NCBI GenBank assembly: GCA_050298055.1
Contig: JBNKTL010000010.1
Location: forward strand, 37,977 to 101,976
Source of the DNA: Spirochaetota bacterium
GTDB lineage: Bacteria; Spirochaetota; UBA4802; UBA5550
Direction of reading: 5' to 3'
DNA: 64,000 bases
Below the pieces are notes generated by a model. That model did no database searches, was not told where the DNA came from, and worked only from the letters and a program-made list of their open reading frames with translations. The position numbers and the translations under genes are program-made. Shown piece by piece: positions 39,774-50,655 of this stretch; the first letter of the stretch is position 1; each line of letters opens with the position of its first letter.

Positions 39774-41846
39774 TTAAGTGAAATATTTCTTCTCAAAGTC
39801 TTCCGCGGAAAGGGGCTTACTGAAATAGTAGCCCTGAAACATATGGCAGTTTCGTTCTCTCAGGTAGTCCAGCTGTTCCTGGTTTTCTACCCCCTCCGCC
39901 ACCACCTCAAATCCCAGGTTGGCCGAGAGATCAATAATTGAATTTACAATAATGTTTGCCTCCCCGTTATCCGGCAGCTTATCAACAAAGGACTTATCGA
40001 TCTTTAAAACATCAATGGGGTAGGAAATCAGGTTGCTCAGTGACGAAAGCCCGGTACCGAAATCATCCATGGCAATCTTTACGCCCAGAGACCGTATCTT
40101 AAAGAGCTTGAATATCCCCTCCCGGGCATTTTCCATGATCCCGCTCTCAGTGATCTCAAATTCAAGGAGCTGGGTGTTTATTCCGGTCTCCTTTATGATG
40201 GCCTCAACCTTCTCCACAAATTCGGGGTCCTTGAATTGGGCCAGGGACACATTAACACAGATTGGCAGAGGGTATCCCTTCAGATGCCAGAGCTTTGCCT
40301 GTTCACAGGCCTTTCTAAGGATGGTATACCCGATATCCACGATCATACCATTTTTTTCAACAAGGGGGATAAATTCTACGGGAGCCACTATCCCCCTTGT
40401 ATCGGAAACCCACCTGATAAGGGCCTCGATACTGACCAGTTTTTCATTCCTGTCAAATTTCGGCTGATAATATGAAACAAATTCATCATTTTTCAGGGCG
40501 CCCTCTATTTCCAGCTCCATCTGGAGATTTTTTATAAGGGTCTCATGCATCCCGATATCAAAAAGAAAATACGCGTCTCCCCCACTCTCTTTGGCCCTGT
40601 ACATGGCAGCCTGGCTGTTGTTTAAAAGAACATCCGCGTCCCCTCCGTCATAGGGATAGAGGCTCAATCCAAGGGATGCGTTTATATTCATGGTGATCTC
40701 ATCCACAACAAAGGGCTTTTCAAATATCCCCATGGTTTTCTGGATGATGTCTTTAATGTCAAAGTCCCGTGCAATATTCGTCAGGAGAACAACAAACACA
40801 TCACCCCCGAACCGCGCCACAATATCGTCATCCCTGTATGAGACACGGAGTCTCTGGGCAATGCTGTTCAGGAGCCTGTCACCTGTCTCGGAACCGTAGA
40901 GGTTGTTGATATTTTTAAACCTGTCAACCCCGATGCTCATAACACCTATCAGCTTTTCATCCTCCCTTTCCTGGACCTTTATCAATTCAAGAAGGAGCCT
41001 GTTTTTCAGGAAACCGATATTGGGCAGCTTCGTAACCATGACATCGTGAAGCTGAAGGTGCGCCGCAAGGTCTACGGCTTTTTTCTTCTCAGTTATGTCC
41101 TTGAGGTTGAAGACGATGCCATTTATCAGGTTATCCTGCATGAGGTTGGAAAAGATTATCTCCGCGTGGCACCAGGTGTTGTGCTTATGTAAATATCTGA
41201 ACTCACCGGTAATGTAAAGGTTCCTGCTGTAGATACACTTATTGAAGTTCTTTACAATATTCTCCCTGTCATCCTCATGTATTTTTTCAAAGAAGTCCGT
41301 CCCTGTGAGCTCATAGGGTGAATATCCGAAAATATCCTCAACCGACTCAGAGAGGTATTCGACCAATCCGTCAGAGTCGATTACGCCTATGACTTCAGAA
41401 CTCTTTTTCAAAAGGGTCCTGAACTTCTTTCCGCTGTCTTTAAGGTTTTCCTTCAAAGTCCTTATTTCGGTATTTTTTTTGAAGGTAAGGAGCTTCATCC
41501 GGTTATTATCTATGGATATCTCTTCATACTTCAGCTTTACAGGTATCCGGTCACCTGAATGGTCCAGAATATCAAGATCAAACTCATTATGTGTACCGGA
41601 ATTAAGGAGAGCATTCACCTTTTCCCTGTATTCAGGGGCAACGAATGAAGTAATATCTTTTCCGGAGATATCAATTAAGCTGCTGCCGAAACTCTCCACC
41701 ATGGGGAGATTGGCATAGAGGAGTCCCTCCTTCTCATGATAGACAATCAGGCCGTCTGAAATCTTCCCGAGAAGTTCCCGGGGGAGGTCCCGGTAGTTGT
41801 CACACCGGTAAATCTCCTTCATTTGAATCTCTTTTTTACTTCCCAT
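39774..41846 (-). CDS. PAS-PAS-GGDEF-EAL c-di-GMP signalling protein
   Basis: PAS domains (FVAPE, IHEDD), ARFGGDVF, EALIRW, DDFGTG, LKIDKSF, AEGVE and QGYYF. Confidence 0.93.
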   Translation of the reverse strand: MGSKKEIQMKEIYRCDNYRDLPRELLGKISDGLIVYHEKEGLLYANLPMVESFGSSLIDISGKDITSFVAPEYREKVNALLNSGTHNEFDLDILDHSGDRIPVKLKYEEISIDNNRMKLLTFKKNTEIRTLKENLKDSGKKFRTLLKKSSEVIGVIDSDGLVEYLSESVEDIFGYSPYELTGTDFFEKIHEDDRENIVKNFNKCIYSRNLYITGEFRYLHKHNTWCHAEIIFSNLMQDNLINGIVFNLKDITEKKKAVDLAAHLQLHDVMVTKLPNIGFLKNRLLLELIKVQEREDEKLIGVMSIGVDRFKNINNLYGSETGDRLLNSIAQRLRVSYRDDDIVARFGGDVFVVLLTNIARDFDIKDIIQKTMGIFEKPFVVDEITMNINASLGLSLYPYDGGDADVLLNNSQAAMYRAKESGGDAYFLFDIGMHETLIKNLQMELEIEGALKNDEFVSYYQPKFDRNEKLVSIEALIRWVSDTRGIVAPVEFIPLVEKNGMIVDIGYTILRKACEQAKLWHLKGYPLPICVNVSLAQFKDPEFVEKVEAIIKETGINTQLLEFEITESGIMENAREGIFKLFKIRSLGVKIAMDDFGTGLSSLSNLISYPIDVLKIDKSFVDKLPDNGEANIIVNSIIDLSANLGFEVVAEGVENQEQLDYLRERNCHMFQGYYFSKPLSAEDFEKKYFT

Positions 41847-41867
41847 TTTTTATACTACTACTCTCGA

Positions 41868-41948
41868 TATCCCACAACCGGGGGCGGCGGGGACATTTTG
41901 TTGATATTTCCTGTGAATACAATTGTCGCCCTCTCGTTGAGTAGTTAC
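41868..41948 (+). mobile_element. MITE copy F (left end lost)
   Basis: GGGCGGCGGGGACAT hairpin arm and right TIR TGAGTAGTTAC. Confidence 0.65.
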
Positions 41949-42014
41949 TCTATTCTCTATAATAATATAATACGCACACTTCGTCAAGGAGCTGTGTAAT
42001 AAATGCTACACATG

Positions 42015-42248
42015 TTATCCGTTTTTTTCTTCACTGCTGTCGCATCTCTCCACAGTACAGATCCCAAAGGGGAGGTAAAGTGAACAGAAACCCAAAAAGG
42101 ATGTGGCCAGCATGGCTGCTCCTGCGACGGCAAGGATAATTGTCCCTGTTGTCCCCGGCTTAAGGACCTGGATATTTACAAGCAACGCCACACCAATGAG
42201 AAACCTTATATACCTGTCAGCGGAACCTACATTTTTTTTCACCGGCAA
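42015..42248 (-). CDS. DUF2892 family small membrane protein
   Basis: KNVGSADRYIR..G...GFCSLY.PFGICT. Confidence 0.85.
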   Translation of the reverse strand: MPVKKNVGSADRYIRFLIGVALLVNIQVLKPGTTGTIILAVAGAAMLATSFLGFCSLYLPFGICTVERCDSSEEKNG

Positions 42249-42438
42249 ACCTCCTTATGCTATTTTTTCTATATAAAATAAAATATATTCTTACGGGAAC
42301 ACTTGCAAGTATAATTTTATTATTGACTATTTTTTCTCAGTATTAATTCCTGAACTTGATCTGCAACTTGACTTACAAGCTTTGTATAAAAAATCATCTC
42401 TGTAGTAGATTTATAATTTTGGGAAAAAGAGGTTTACA

Positions 42439-43407
42439 ATGTCAAGAATACTCTCGGGAATTCAGCCTTCAGGCACACTCCATATTGCAAATTACTTCGC
42501 GATGATGAAACCGATGATCGAATATCAGTATGAACACGAACTCTTCTGTTTTATTGTAAACTACCACGCAATGACAAGCATGACAGACGGGGAAGAACTC
42601 AGAAAAAATACAATTGATGCGGCCCTGGATTTTCTTGCACTGGGGCTTGATCCTGAAAAGTGCTACTTCTGGGTACAGTCGGATATCCCGGAAGTGGCAG
42701 AACTCACATGGATCCTTTCCTGTCATACCTCACTGGGTCTCCTGGAGAGGAGCCACAGCTATAAAGACAAGGTGGCAAAAGGTCTTGTCCCCAATGCAGG
42801 TCTCTACACCTACCCTGTTCTCATGGCCGCGGATATATTGCTCTACAAGGCGGAGATAATCCCCGTGGGCAGGGACCAGAAACAGCATATTGAGATAACC
42901 AGGGACATTGCTGAGAGATTCAACTCCACCTTCGGTGAGATATTAGTCCTTCCCGAGCCGAGGATATCAGAGGATATCGCGGTTATTCCGGGAACAGACG
43001 GCCAGAAGATGTCAAAGAGTTACGGAAACACCATTGAAATTTTTGAAGATGAAAAGACCCTTAAAAAGAAGGTAATGCGGATCGTCACGGATTCCACACC
43101 GGTTGAAGATCCCAAGGACCCTGAAACCTGCAGTGTCTTTGCCCTCTACAGGCTCTTTGCCGACACCGGGATGGCTGAAAAGATGAGGGAGCGCTACAGG
43201 GCCGGAGGCATGGGATACGGTGAAGTAAAAAAGGAACTGCTCCGGCTTATGCTCGATTACTTCAGGCCCTACAAGGAAAGAAGAGAAGAATTGAAAAAAG
43301 ACATTGGAGAGGTCTATAACATCCTTAAAAAAGGCGCCGATAAAACCCGGGAGATCGCCCGGGAAACCCTTGATGAGATTAAAACCGCGGTTGGACTCAG
43401 GTATTGA
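42439..43407 (+). CDS. trpS: Tryptophan--tRNA ligase
   Basis: SGIQPSG.LHIANY, YPVLMAADIL, VGRDQKQH and KMSKS. Confidence 0.97.
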   Translation: MSRILSGIQPSGTLHIANYFAMMKPMIEYQYEHELFCFIVNYHAMTSMTDGEELRKNTIDAALDFLALGLDPEKCYFWVQSDIPEVAELTWILSCHTSLGLLERSHSYKDKVAKGLVPNAGLYTYPVLMAADILLYKAEIIPVGRDQKQHIEITRDIAERFNSTFGEILVLPEPRISEDIAVIPGTDGQKMSKSYGNTIEIFEDEKTLKKKVMRIVTDSTPVEDPKDPETCSVFALYRLFADTGMAEKMRERYRAGGMGYGEVKKELLRLMLDYFRPYKERREELKKDIGEVYNILKKGADKTREIARETLDEIKTAVGLRY

Positions 43408-44359
43408 TGTTCATTTTATCCAATTTAATAATAAACTTTCTCATATGTTCGGGAAGTTCTGCAGTAAATGACACAGATTCGCCGCTCTCAGGGTGCGTGA
43501 ACCCGAGATAAACAGACGCAAGGAGAAGATAGGGAACTTTATACTTCTCCCACTTCTTGGAATAGATGGGATCGCCGATTATGGGAGTCCCCATTGAAGA
43601 GAGGTGGACCCGTATCTGGTGGGTCCTTCCCGTATGTATCTCGATATCAAGGAGTGAATAGATACCGGTTTGAGTATTCCATTTCCTGTTAATACGGTAT
43701 TCCGTAATTGCCTCCTTTCCGTCTTCTCTCACAGTCATCTTGTGCCTGTACTTCCCGTGCCGGGCTATGGGCATGTTGATGGTATCTCCGGACTTTCCCG
43801 GTTTTCCCTTTACAATGGCCATATACTTTTTTTTGACCTGCCGTGACGCAAACTGGTCGACAAGACTTCTGTGTGCCGTGTCGCTCTTTGCAACAACCAG
43901 AAGTCCCGAGGTATCCTTATCCAGCCTGTGGACTATTCCCGGCCGGACAGTATCACCGATAGCAGAGAGATCACTCAGGTGGTAGAGGAGACCGTTTACC
44001 AGGGTCCCCTCCCAATTCCCCGGACCGGGATGGATAACAAGACCGGGCTGCTTATTGATGACCGCCAGGGACCTGTCTTCGAAGAGAATATCCAGGGGTA
44101 TATCCTCCGGCTGGAGCTGGAGAACTTCAGGGGCGGGGAAACGGATCTCTATGCTGTCATCGGTTTTTACCTTATAGTTTGCCCTGGTTGTCGAATTGTT
44201 AACAATGATCTGCCCGTTCTTAATAAGCTTTTGAAGATAGCTTCTGGATATCTCCATCTCCAGTGAGTTCACCAGGAACCTGTCTATCCTCTCAAGGTGG
44301 TTCTCCTCCGGGACTAAAAGATGTATCTTTTTATTTTCCATTAAGATCCATATCTCCAC
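43397..44359 (-). CDS. rluD: RluA-family pseudouridine synthase (RluD-like, with S4 domain)
   Basis: S4 RIDRFL..SRS, NKQPGLVIHP, GIVHRLDKDTSG and TGRTHQIRVH. Confidence 0.9.
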   Translation of the reverse strand: MEIWILMENKKIHLLVPEENHLERIDRFLVNSLEMEISRSYLQKLIKNGQIIVNNSTTRANYKVKTDDSIEIRFPAPEVLQLQPEDIPLDILFEDRSLAVINKQPGLVIHPGPGNWEGTLVNGLLYHLSDLSAIGDTVRPGIVHRLDKDTSGLLVVAKSDTAHRSLVDQFASRQVKKKYMAIVKGKPGKSGDTINMPIARHGKYRHKMTVREDGKEAITEYRINRKWNTQTGIYSLLDIEIHTGRTHQIRVHLSSMGTPIIGDPIYSKKWEKYKVPYLLLASVYLGFTHPESGESVSFTAELPEHMRKFIIKLDKMNINT

Positions 44360-44434
44360 CGCAAATATATTGCAGTAAGCACTGTTACAGGCCGTTAAAT
44401 AATTGACAAGAAGAATATATTAAATGTTTACTAC

Positions 44435-44519
44435 GAAGACCCCCTAACCCCCAGAGGGGGCATAAGAGTTTTTTTGCTAACAATATTAAAGTCCCCCTCC
44501 GGGGGATTTAGGGGGCTTC
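44435..44519. repeat. Inverted pair of REP-like GC hairpins
   Basis: GAAGACCCCCTAACCCCCAGAGGGGG ... CCCCCTCCGGGGGATTTAGGGGGCTTC. Confidence 0.7.
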
Positions 44520-44568
44520 TCCTCCGGGGGCTGGAAACGATAAGGGAGAATTGAGAAAATTTTTTAAA

Positions 44569-44973
44569 ATGACATATAGTAAAAAATTAATATTATCCTT
44601 AAAAGGAAGGCTTCCCGAATTTGTTTCCTATATCTCTCTTCTCTACTATATAGAGATAATCTACATGATGCTGGTTGTCGTCATTATATTCGGGAAGGCC
44701 GCTTCACTGGCAGCAGGCTTTATCGCGTCTCTTTTGCTGGCATTCCAGATTATCTCTCTCTCCATGAGAAAAGAGTTCAGCATTAAGGTCCAGCTGGTCA
44801 TCATGGAACTTCACTTTGCCTTATCGGCTGTTTTTATTACAAACCTGTTCATGCGGGACTTTACCCTGTACGGGCAGGATATTCTCATCACTGTTGTAAG
44901 GCTCTTCCTTGCAGCCCTGGAACTGCCGCTGATTTACCTCTTCACCGGCGAGAGACATGAAAAGCCGGTGTAA
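44569..44973 (+). CDS. Hypothetical membrane protein (about 4 TM)
   Basis: Hydrophobic ORF. ATG at 44569, with an alternative TTG at 44551. Confidence 0.7.
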   Translation: MTYSKKLILSLKGRLPEFVSYISLLYYIEIIYMMLVVVIIFGKAASLAAGFIASLLLAFQIISLSMRKEFSIKVQLVIMELHFALSAVFITNLFMRDFTLYGQDILITVVRLFLAALELPLIYLFTGERHEKPV

Positions 44974-44979
44974 CTGACT

Positions 44980-46194
44980 TTAGATATTTCCCGCCACAGC
45001 CTCACCAAATTCGGAACACTTCAGGAGCTCGGCTCCATCCATCTGCCTCTCCAGGTCATAGGTCACCCTCTTCTGCAAGATCGTCTTCTCAAGGCTGCTG
45101 ATTATCGCATCGGCCGCTTCCTTCCATCCCAGGAACCTGAGCATCATCTCACCTGAAAGAATGAGAGACCCGGGATTCACCTTGTCCTGTCCGGCATATT
45201 TGGGAGCAGTACCGTGTGTTGCTTCAAATACGGCCTCACTGTCGCCGATATTTGCCCCCGGGGCCATGCCCAGTCCCCCTACCTGTGCCGCCAGGGCGTC
45301 TGAAAGGTAGTCCCCGTTGAGGTTGGAGGTGGCAATGACATCGTATTCCGAGGGCCTGAGGAGTACCTGCTGAAACATGGCATCGGCGATCCTGTCCTTA
45401 ATGACGATTTTTCCCTCCGGCTGATTCCCGTCATGTTTTTCCCAGAGTTCCTCTTCAGAAATAGTTACACCGGGAAACTCTTCAGCGGCAAGTTTATAGC
45501 CCCAGTCCTTAAACCCCCCTTCGGTGAATTTCATAATATTCCCCTTATGGACCAGGGTCACGCTCTTCCTGTTGTTGTCTATTGCATACTTAACAGCACT
45601 TCTCACGATATTACCGGTATTGGTTATGCTCATAGGCTTGATCCCGATACCGGAATCCTCCCGTATTGATGTTTTCATCTCACTGTTCAGAAAATCAATG
45701 ACCCTTTTTACTTCAGGGGAACCCTCCTGCCACTCAATTCCCGCGTAGACGTCCTCCATGTTCTCCCTGAAAATCACCATATCCACCTTTTCCGGCTTCT
45801 TTACAGGGCTGGGAACACCGCTGAAATATCTTACCGGCCTTACACACGCGTAGAGTTCGAGCTTCTGTCTCAGTGTAACATTAATGCTGCGTATACCGCC
45901 ACCCACAGGGGTGGTAAGGGGCCCCTTTATTGCAACTTTGTATTCTCTTATTTTCTCCAGTGTTTCATCGGGAAGCCAGCTTCCTGTCCGGTTGAATGCC
46001 TTTTCACCTGCAAGGACCTCCACCCATTCAATTTTCCTTTTCCCGCCGTAGCTCTTCAAAACTGCCGCATCAAGAACAGTTCTTGTTGCCCTCCAGATAT
46101 CGGGTCCTGTTCCGTCACCTTCAATAAAGAGTATTACAGGATTATCGGGAACGCGTATTTCTCCCCTGTTGTATTCAATTTTTTCACCACTCAT
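44980..46194 (-). CDS. icd: NADP-dependent isocitrate dehydrogenase
   Basis: [42 protein letters not shown] and [12 protein letters not shown]. Confidence 0.97.
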   Translation of the reverse strand: MSGEKIEYNRGEIRVPDNPVILFIEGDGTGPDIWRATRTVLDAAVLKSYGGKRKIEWVEVLAGEKAFNRTGSWLPDETLEKIREYKVAIKGPLTTPVGGGIRSINVTLRQKLELYACVRPVRYFSGVPSPVKKPEKVDMVIFRENMEDVYAGIEWQEGSPEVKRVIDFLNSEMKTSIREDSGIGIKPMSITNTGNIVRSAVKYAIDNNRKSVTLVHKGNIMKFTEGGFKDWGYKLAAEEFPGVTISEEELWEKHDGNQPEGKIVIKDRIADAMFQQVLLRPSEYDVIATSNLNGDYLSDALAAQVGGLGMAPGANIGDSEAVFEATHGTAPKYAGQDKVNPGSLILSGEMMLRFLGWKEAADAIISSLEKTILQKRVTYDLERQMDGAELLKCSEFGEAVAGNI

Positions 46195-46269
46195 AAGGAC
46201 CTCTATTTTTTTTTTGATTATTGGAAACTTCGCAGCTGTATTGTTAAAATATATTATAATGCTGGCTTT

Positions 46270-46638
46270 CTATTCTTCTAAAAGCTTCATGGCTTCTTCC
46301 CGGGATCTCACTGTGATAATTTTATAGTCAATTCCCGCAATTTCTTCACTCTGGAAGACCTGTACCATGGCGCCTGTATTGTCCGGATCAATAATTCTTA
46401 TGACCTTATCCGGTTTTTTGCTGTCCAGAAGCTCCATTAATTCCTTAATGAGAAGAAAGACATTATCCGACGGCGGAGTAAACCGGCTCATGTCATTTAC
46501 AAGGATAAAACCTTCATGGAGCCTGTTGATCTGTTCCCTGAACTCCTCTGTAAATCCGCTGATCTCATCAGAGTCCATATACCCCTCAACCTCCAGGAAG
46601 AGGACATTCCTTCTACTTTCATATTCGATTTTATACAT
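46270..46638 (-). CDS. Hypothetical protein, STAS/SEC14-like fold
   Basis: 122 aa (MYKIE..LFLEVEG..LVNDMS..SREEAMKLL), similar in architecture to 27009-27398. Confidence 0.6.
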   Translation of the reverse strand: MYKIEYESRRNVLFLEVEGYMDSDEISGFTEEFREQINRLHEGFILVNDMSRFTPPSDNVFLLIKELMELLDSKKPDKVIRIIDPDNTGAMVQVFQSEEIAGIDYKIITVRSREEAMKLLEE

Positions 46639-46875
46639 AAGTCTGCCTGTTCCCTCTTAAGATGAAATCCCCTTCCCTGTCTGACTTCCTGCGGGTCGTC
46701 ACCAGAAATATCTTCTTCTTTCACTTGCCGAATACGGAGAAAAATACTTACGGTCCGGGTTCTTTACGCAACAACAATTAATATACGAAAAATTATCTGT
46801 CAATTGATTTATAGATTAAAAACTGTGCGGACCGGCATGTCAGCATTATGAAATAATCTGCACCGGGGAAACGGG

Positions 46876-48897
46876 TCAACACTTTTCATAGATTTTATTG
46901 CTGATAAAGACATCTACCAGGTCCGGATCCAGTTTACCTCTTTCTGCTTCTTCGTTGAGGATGCTTATGACTTTTTCAAGAGGTACAGCCTTCTTGTAGG
47001 GCCTGTCGTGGGCGGAAAGCGCGTCGAAGATATCCGCAATAGCCATCATCCGCGATTGGAGGGACGTACTCTCCCTGCCCTGAAGCCCGTCAGGATACCC
47101 GCTGCCATCCAGGGCCTCGTGATGTCTCAGGGCTATGTCCGGGATTTTCCTGTACTCAGGGGGCCAGGGGATCTTGCTTACAAAGCTGTGTGTGTGGACA
47201 ACATGGCTCTCGATCTCCTTTCTTTCAAGGGGATTGAGACTTCCCCTCTTTATGGTAAGGTTAAGCCTGTCAAAATCGGAAATGACCTCCAGAATATTCC
47301 CGCTGATGTCCAGGCAGCTGATATCACTTATTTCATCAAGAATATCCTGGAGCTCCATTTCAGGATCGACGTCAAGGACAGTGGGTTCATTGAGCACCGC
47401 GACCCTCTCTTTTATTTGCCCCACCTGTTCAAGCCTCTCCTTCATCTCCAGGTTCAGGAGTTCAATCTCTTTGAGAACAGCTTTATCAGGATTGCTGATA
47501 CCCATAAGTTCCATCTCTTTTATATTGAACTGAAGCTGTATATACCTGTAGAGATATTCGATCCTCATATTGAGGTTTTCAAAGTCCTTTGGAAAGAGTT
47601 TTTTCTCCTTTTTGAATATTGAGTTATCAATATAGACCTTTCCAAAATCGTGCAGAAGCGCCGCAAATTCAAGTTCCTGAATGGCATTGTCATCAAAGGT
47701 GAAATCTTTCAGGTAGCCCTCATGGACCCGGTTTACGGCATATGCCATTTCCCTGCAGACATCAGCTACCCTGAAAGAGTGGCCCGAAGTCGCGGGGTCC
47801 CGTGATTCAATGGCCGTTACAGACGCCTTCACAAACTCCCTGAACTGGTTCTGTATCTGGCGTATGAGCCTGTTATTCTCAATGGAAATACCCGCCTGCC
47901 CGGCTATTGCCTCGAGGAGGCTGTCATATTTTTCATCAAAGACCGTTACATGCCTCTCAAAGTCTTCCGGTTTATCGAGAATGATTGTAAATGCTTCATT
48001 CCCGGTTGAGCTCTGTCCTCCCAGTTCCTCCTTGCTGTTTATAAGCTGAATGACCCCGGTTATTTCATCAATATGGTTCCTCATGGGAACAACAAGCATG
48101 GAACGGCAAATATAGTCATATTTCTGATCAAAGGATTTGTTAAAAGAATAAGGGGCCCCGGGAGGAAGCCGGTAAGCATCTTTAATGTTAAGGACCTCCC
48201 CGGTCACCGCCACATACCCGGCTATGGATTCCCTGTTCATATCCATTACAAACTCTTCAAGGGGAATGTCACGGGAATAGGTATGGGAATATTTGAACCT
48301 CAGCCTTTTTTCACCTTTTTCATCAAGTTCAACCAGATAAATACTGCCGGCATCCGCACCGGTAATTTTCTTGCTCAGATCGAGAATCAGTCGAAGGAGT
48401 TTGTCAGGATCTTTTTCACTGGAAAGGGACTTCCCGATATTGATGAGATCATCCTGGTCCTGTTTTGTATCCGCGAGCCTGGCCAGCGTCTTTCTGTTCA
48501 GGTTCATAAAATTTAATTTCTCGTTTAACTCGAAAAATGTTCTCTCTGTAATGAACCTTAGCCTGTTCTCTGAGATTTCACCGGTTATTAAATCGGATAT
48601 CAACCCGGTCCTCTCCGAGTTAAACCTGCTGTATTCACTGTCGCTGCCTAAAAGAATAATTCTCGCAAGAATTTTATTCTGGTCCAGAGATTCAAGCCCC
48701 CTGATCAGGACATCAACCTCATCGGTACAAATAAAGAGGACAGTTTTCAGGGGAAGTTTATCGGATTTACTGATAAAATCCTTTAACCCTTTCGGAATAT
48801 CTTCAAAGGTAAGAGTCGTAAACTGAGAACCGAAAGGCAAAGACATCTGCCTGTTCGCGGCCTCAGATACTATAACAACTTCATCATGATGGTTCAT
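46876..48897 (-). CDS. GAF plus HD-GYP c-di-GMP phosphodiesterase
   Basis: GAF (SIAGYVA..SMLVVPM), SGHSFRV, LHDFGK, HHEALDGSGYP and ADIFDAL..RPYK. Confidence 0.92.
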   Translation of the reverse strand: MNHHDEVVIVSEAANRQMSLPFGSQFTTLTFEDIPKGLKDFISKSDKLPLKTVLFICTDEVDVLIRGLESLDQNKILARIILLGSDSEYSRFNSERTGLISDLITGEISENRLRFITERTFFELNEKLNFMNLNRKTLARLADTKQDQDDLINIGKSLSSEKDPDKLLRLILDLSKKITGADAGSIYLVELDEKGEKRLRFKYSHTYSRDIPLEEFVMDMNRESIAGYVAVTGEVLNIKDAYRLPPGAPYSFNKSFDQKYDYICRSMLVVPMRNHIDEITGVIQLINSKEELGGQSSTGNEAFTIILDKPEDFERHVTVFDEKYDSLLEAIAGQAGISIENNRLIRQIQNQFREFVKASVTAIESRDPATSGHSFRVADVCREMAYAVNRVHEGYLKDFTFDDNAIQELEFAALLHDFGKVYIDNSIFKKEKKLFPKDFENLNMRIEYLYRYIQLQFNIKEMELMGISNPDKAVLKEIELLNLEMKERLEQVGQIKERVAVLNEPTVLDVDPEMELQDILDEISDISCLDISGNILEVISDFDRLNLTIKRGSLNPLERKEIESHVVHTHSFVSKIPWPPEYRKIPDIALRHHEALDGSGYPDGLQGRESTSLQSRMMAIADIFDALSAHDRPYKKAVPLEKVISILNEEAERGKLDPDLVDVFISNKIYEKC

Positions 48898-48940
48898 ATT
48901 ATCTGGATCAAACCGAATCTTTTTAAATTTATAACGAAAC

Positions 48941-49082
48941 GCAACTACCCGGCTATATGGCTATAATCATCCTGTTTGTTAAAATATGAGAATATGTTCC
49001 CGCCGGCTAAGGCGCGGGAAGATATCAGTGTTTTCAATTTTTTATTGAATATGCTTGTTCTCATAACGAGTTGAGTTGTTAC
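48941..49082 (-). mobile_element. MITE copy G (142 bp)
   Basis: Ends GCAACTACCCGGC / TTGAGTTGTTAC. Perfect 8-bp TSD AACGAAAC. Central TTCCCGC..GCGGGAA. Confidence 0.85.
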
Positions 49083-49276
49083 AACGAAACAACTCGTCGC
49101 TCCGGTTACAATTTTCATTAGACCTGTATTCATAAAATATTTAAAATTAGTAATAGTCAATAATAATTTTATCGATATAATAAGGAGGGCGGTACTCGCA
49201 ACAAATATTGCTTGACTGATTCATTTGTATTTATTTGAGTATTAATTCCCTTCTTAATTAAACAAGGAAACAGCAT

Positions 49277-50122
49277 ATGGATAATAACAATAAGAGTCCG
49301 GAAATTGCCAGGGACATGGATAGAATCGGCAAGGCTGTGCTTACATCCATAAACTACCTGTCAATGCCGGAAAGGGAACTCAATGAAGTAAGCGATTTAA
49401 TAGATAACATTATAATGAGCGACAGTTCCATTATTGATTGCGAAATTTACCTCAAGAGCATCGGGAAAGAAGATTTTCTCCTGTTCCTCTCCAACATAAT
49501 CTATAACCTGAAAGCAAAAAGTGATCTTGTCCTCACCCCGGAAATCCTGAAATGGCTTGGAAGTGTCTGGAAAAACTTTATTAAAAGAAATCTTTCTTAT
49601 ATTGAATTTATGCCCGAATTTGACAAAAACAGGGAGAATATAAGTAAATACTATCCTGATAATTCCATGATAATAAACCAGATCCAGAACGCCCACTTTG
49701 TTAAACAGGAGTATATCGACAATGCCGAACCCGAATACCTTGAACTGAGAAAGCTTGAAGATTTTTACAGAAGATCTGTTGATATCATGAACACAATGAG
49801 GCCAACATATTTTTTCCTGCTTGATTACTATTACGAGATACAGCTGGCACAGGGAAAAAACCTTGAAGAAGGCATCAGGCTGGAACAGGACGGCCTCTCA
49901 AAATTCGGGGAAAATGGCTATAGCTTTGAGGATATCAGTATATTAACATGCAAAATTCTGGGGGTCATAGAAGCCACTTACCTCATGCTCAAGAAGAAAA
50001 AAACACAGAAACAGCTGATCAACATAGACGGGAAACAAAAGTTCCTGACTATCAGTGAGATCTACAATATCTATCTCAACAAATTTAATGAAATGAAAAA
50101 AGACCTGATGAAGCTGAAATAA
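49277..50122 (+). CDS. Hypothetical protein
   Basis: 281-aa ORF with an AAGGA RBS. Confidence 0.75.
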   Translation: MDNNNKSPEIARDMDRIGKAVLTSINYLSMPERELNEVSDLIDNIIMSDSSIIDCEIYLKSIGKEDFLLFLSNIIYNLKAKSDLVLTPEILKWLGSVWKNFIKRNLSYIEFMPEFDKNRENISKYYPDNSMIINQIQNAHFVKQEYIDNAEPEYLELRKLEDFYRRSVDIMNTMRPTYFFLLDYYYEIQLAQGKNLEEGIRLEQDGLSKFGENGYSFEDISILTCKILGVIEATYLMLKKKKTQKQLINIDGKQKFLTISEIYNIYLNKFNEMKKDLMKLK

Positions 50123-50205
50123 AAGACTTGTGCTGAGCCCGCGTGATTTTGCACAAATAAGATTCTCTGAATAGCCGGATTAGTTAAAATCACGCAGTCG
50201 AAGTA

Positions 50206-50655
50206 CTACTTTTCTTCCTTTTTATATTTTACAATAAACGGTTCCTGCTTTGCCAGCCCCGCTATTTCTTTGCCCAGATCTTTCCTCTCTGTTCCGAAGG
50301 TTATCCGGGCAAGCATCATGTTCTTTTCAATATACAATATTTCAGTTTCTCCGGGAAGCTCCACCTTGTTTACAAAAAGTATAAACTTGATTTTTTTCCC
50401 GTCAATGGCGTATTTCCCGCCCACCGCGTCACCAACTGTCATCCTGCCATCAGCCGTGTAACTGGTTGATCCGGTTACTTTCTCATCACTCTTGCATTTT
50501 CCGGACTCATCACAGTTGTTCTCAACTGCAATCCATCTTCCCACAATCTCTTTCCTGTAATCTTTGCCGCATCCGGTAATAACCACCAGGAGAGTAAAAA
50601 AAAGAGCACTGTAAAGAACAGAATAAATTGATCTGAAATTTTTCATAGTTTTCAC
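50206..50655 (-). CDS. Putative lipoprotein (lipocalin-like)
   Basis: Lipobox ITGC followed by IVGRW. Overlaps the VOC gene stop. Confidence 0.7.
   Translation of the reverse strand: MKTMKNFRSIYSVLYSALFFTLLVVITGCGKDYRKEIVGRWIAVENNCDESGKCKSDEKVTGSTSYTADGRMTVGDAVGGKYAIDGKKIKFILFVNKVELPGETEILYIEKNMMLARITFGTERKDLGKEIAGLAKQEPFIVKYKKEEK

Noticed and set aside
43397..43407. 11-bp convergent overlap of trpS and rluD
   Set aside because: Short 3' overlaps between convergent genes are common and both proteins look complete.
46640..46780. Possible riboswitch (for example c-di-GMP) in the leader between the HD-GYP gene and the STAS-like gene
   Set aside because: GGCAA and GAAA words are present, but the required paired helices and consensus could not be built. 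An Rfam cmscan would settle it.
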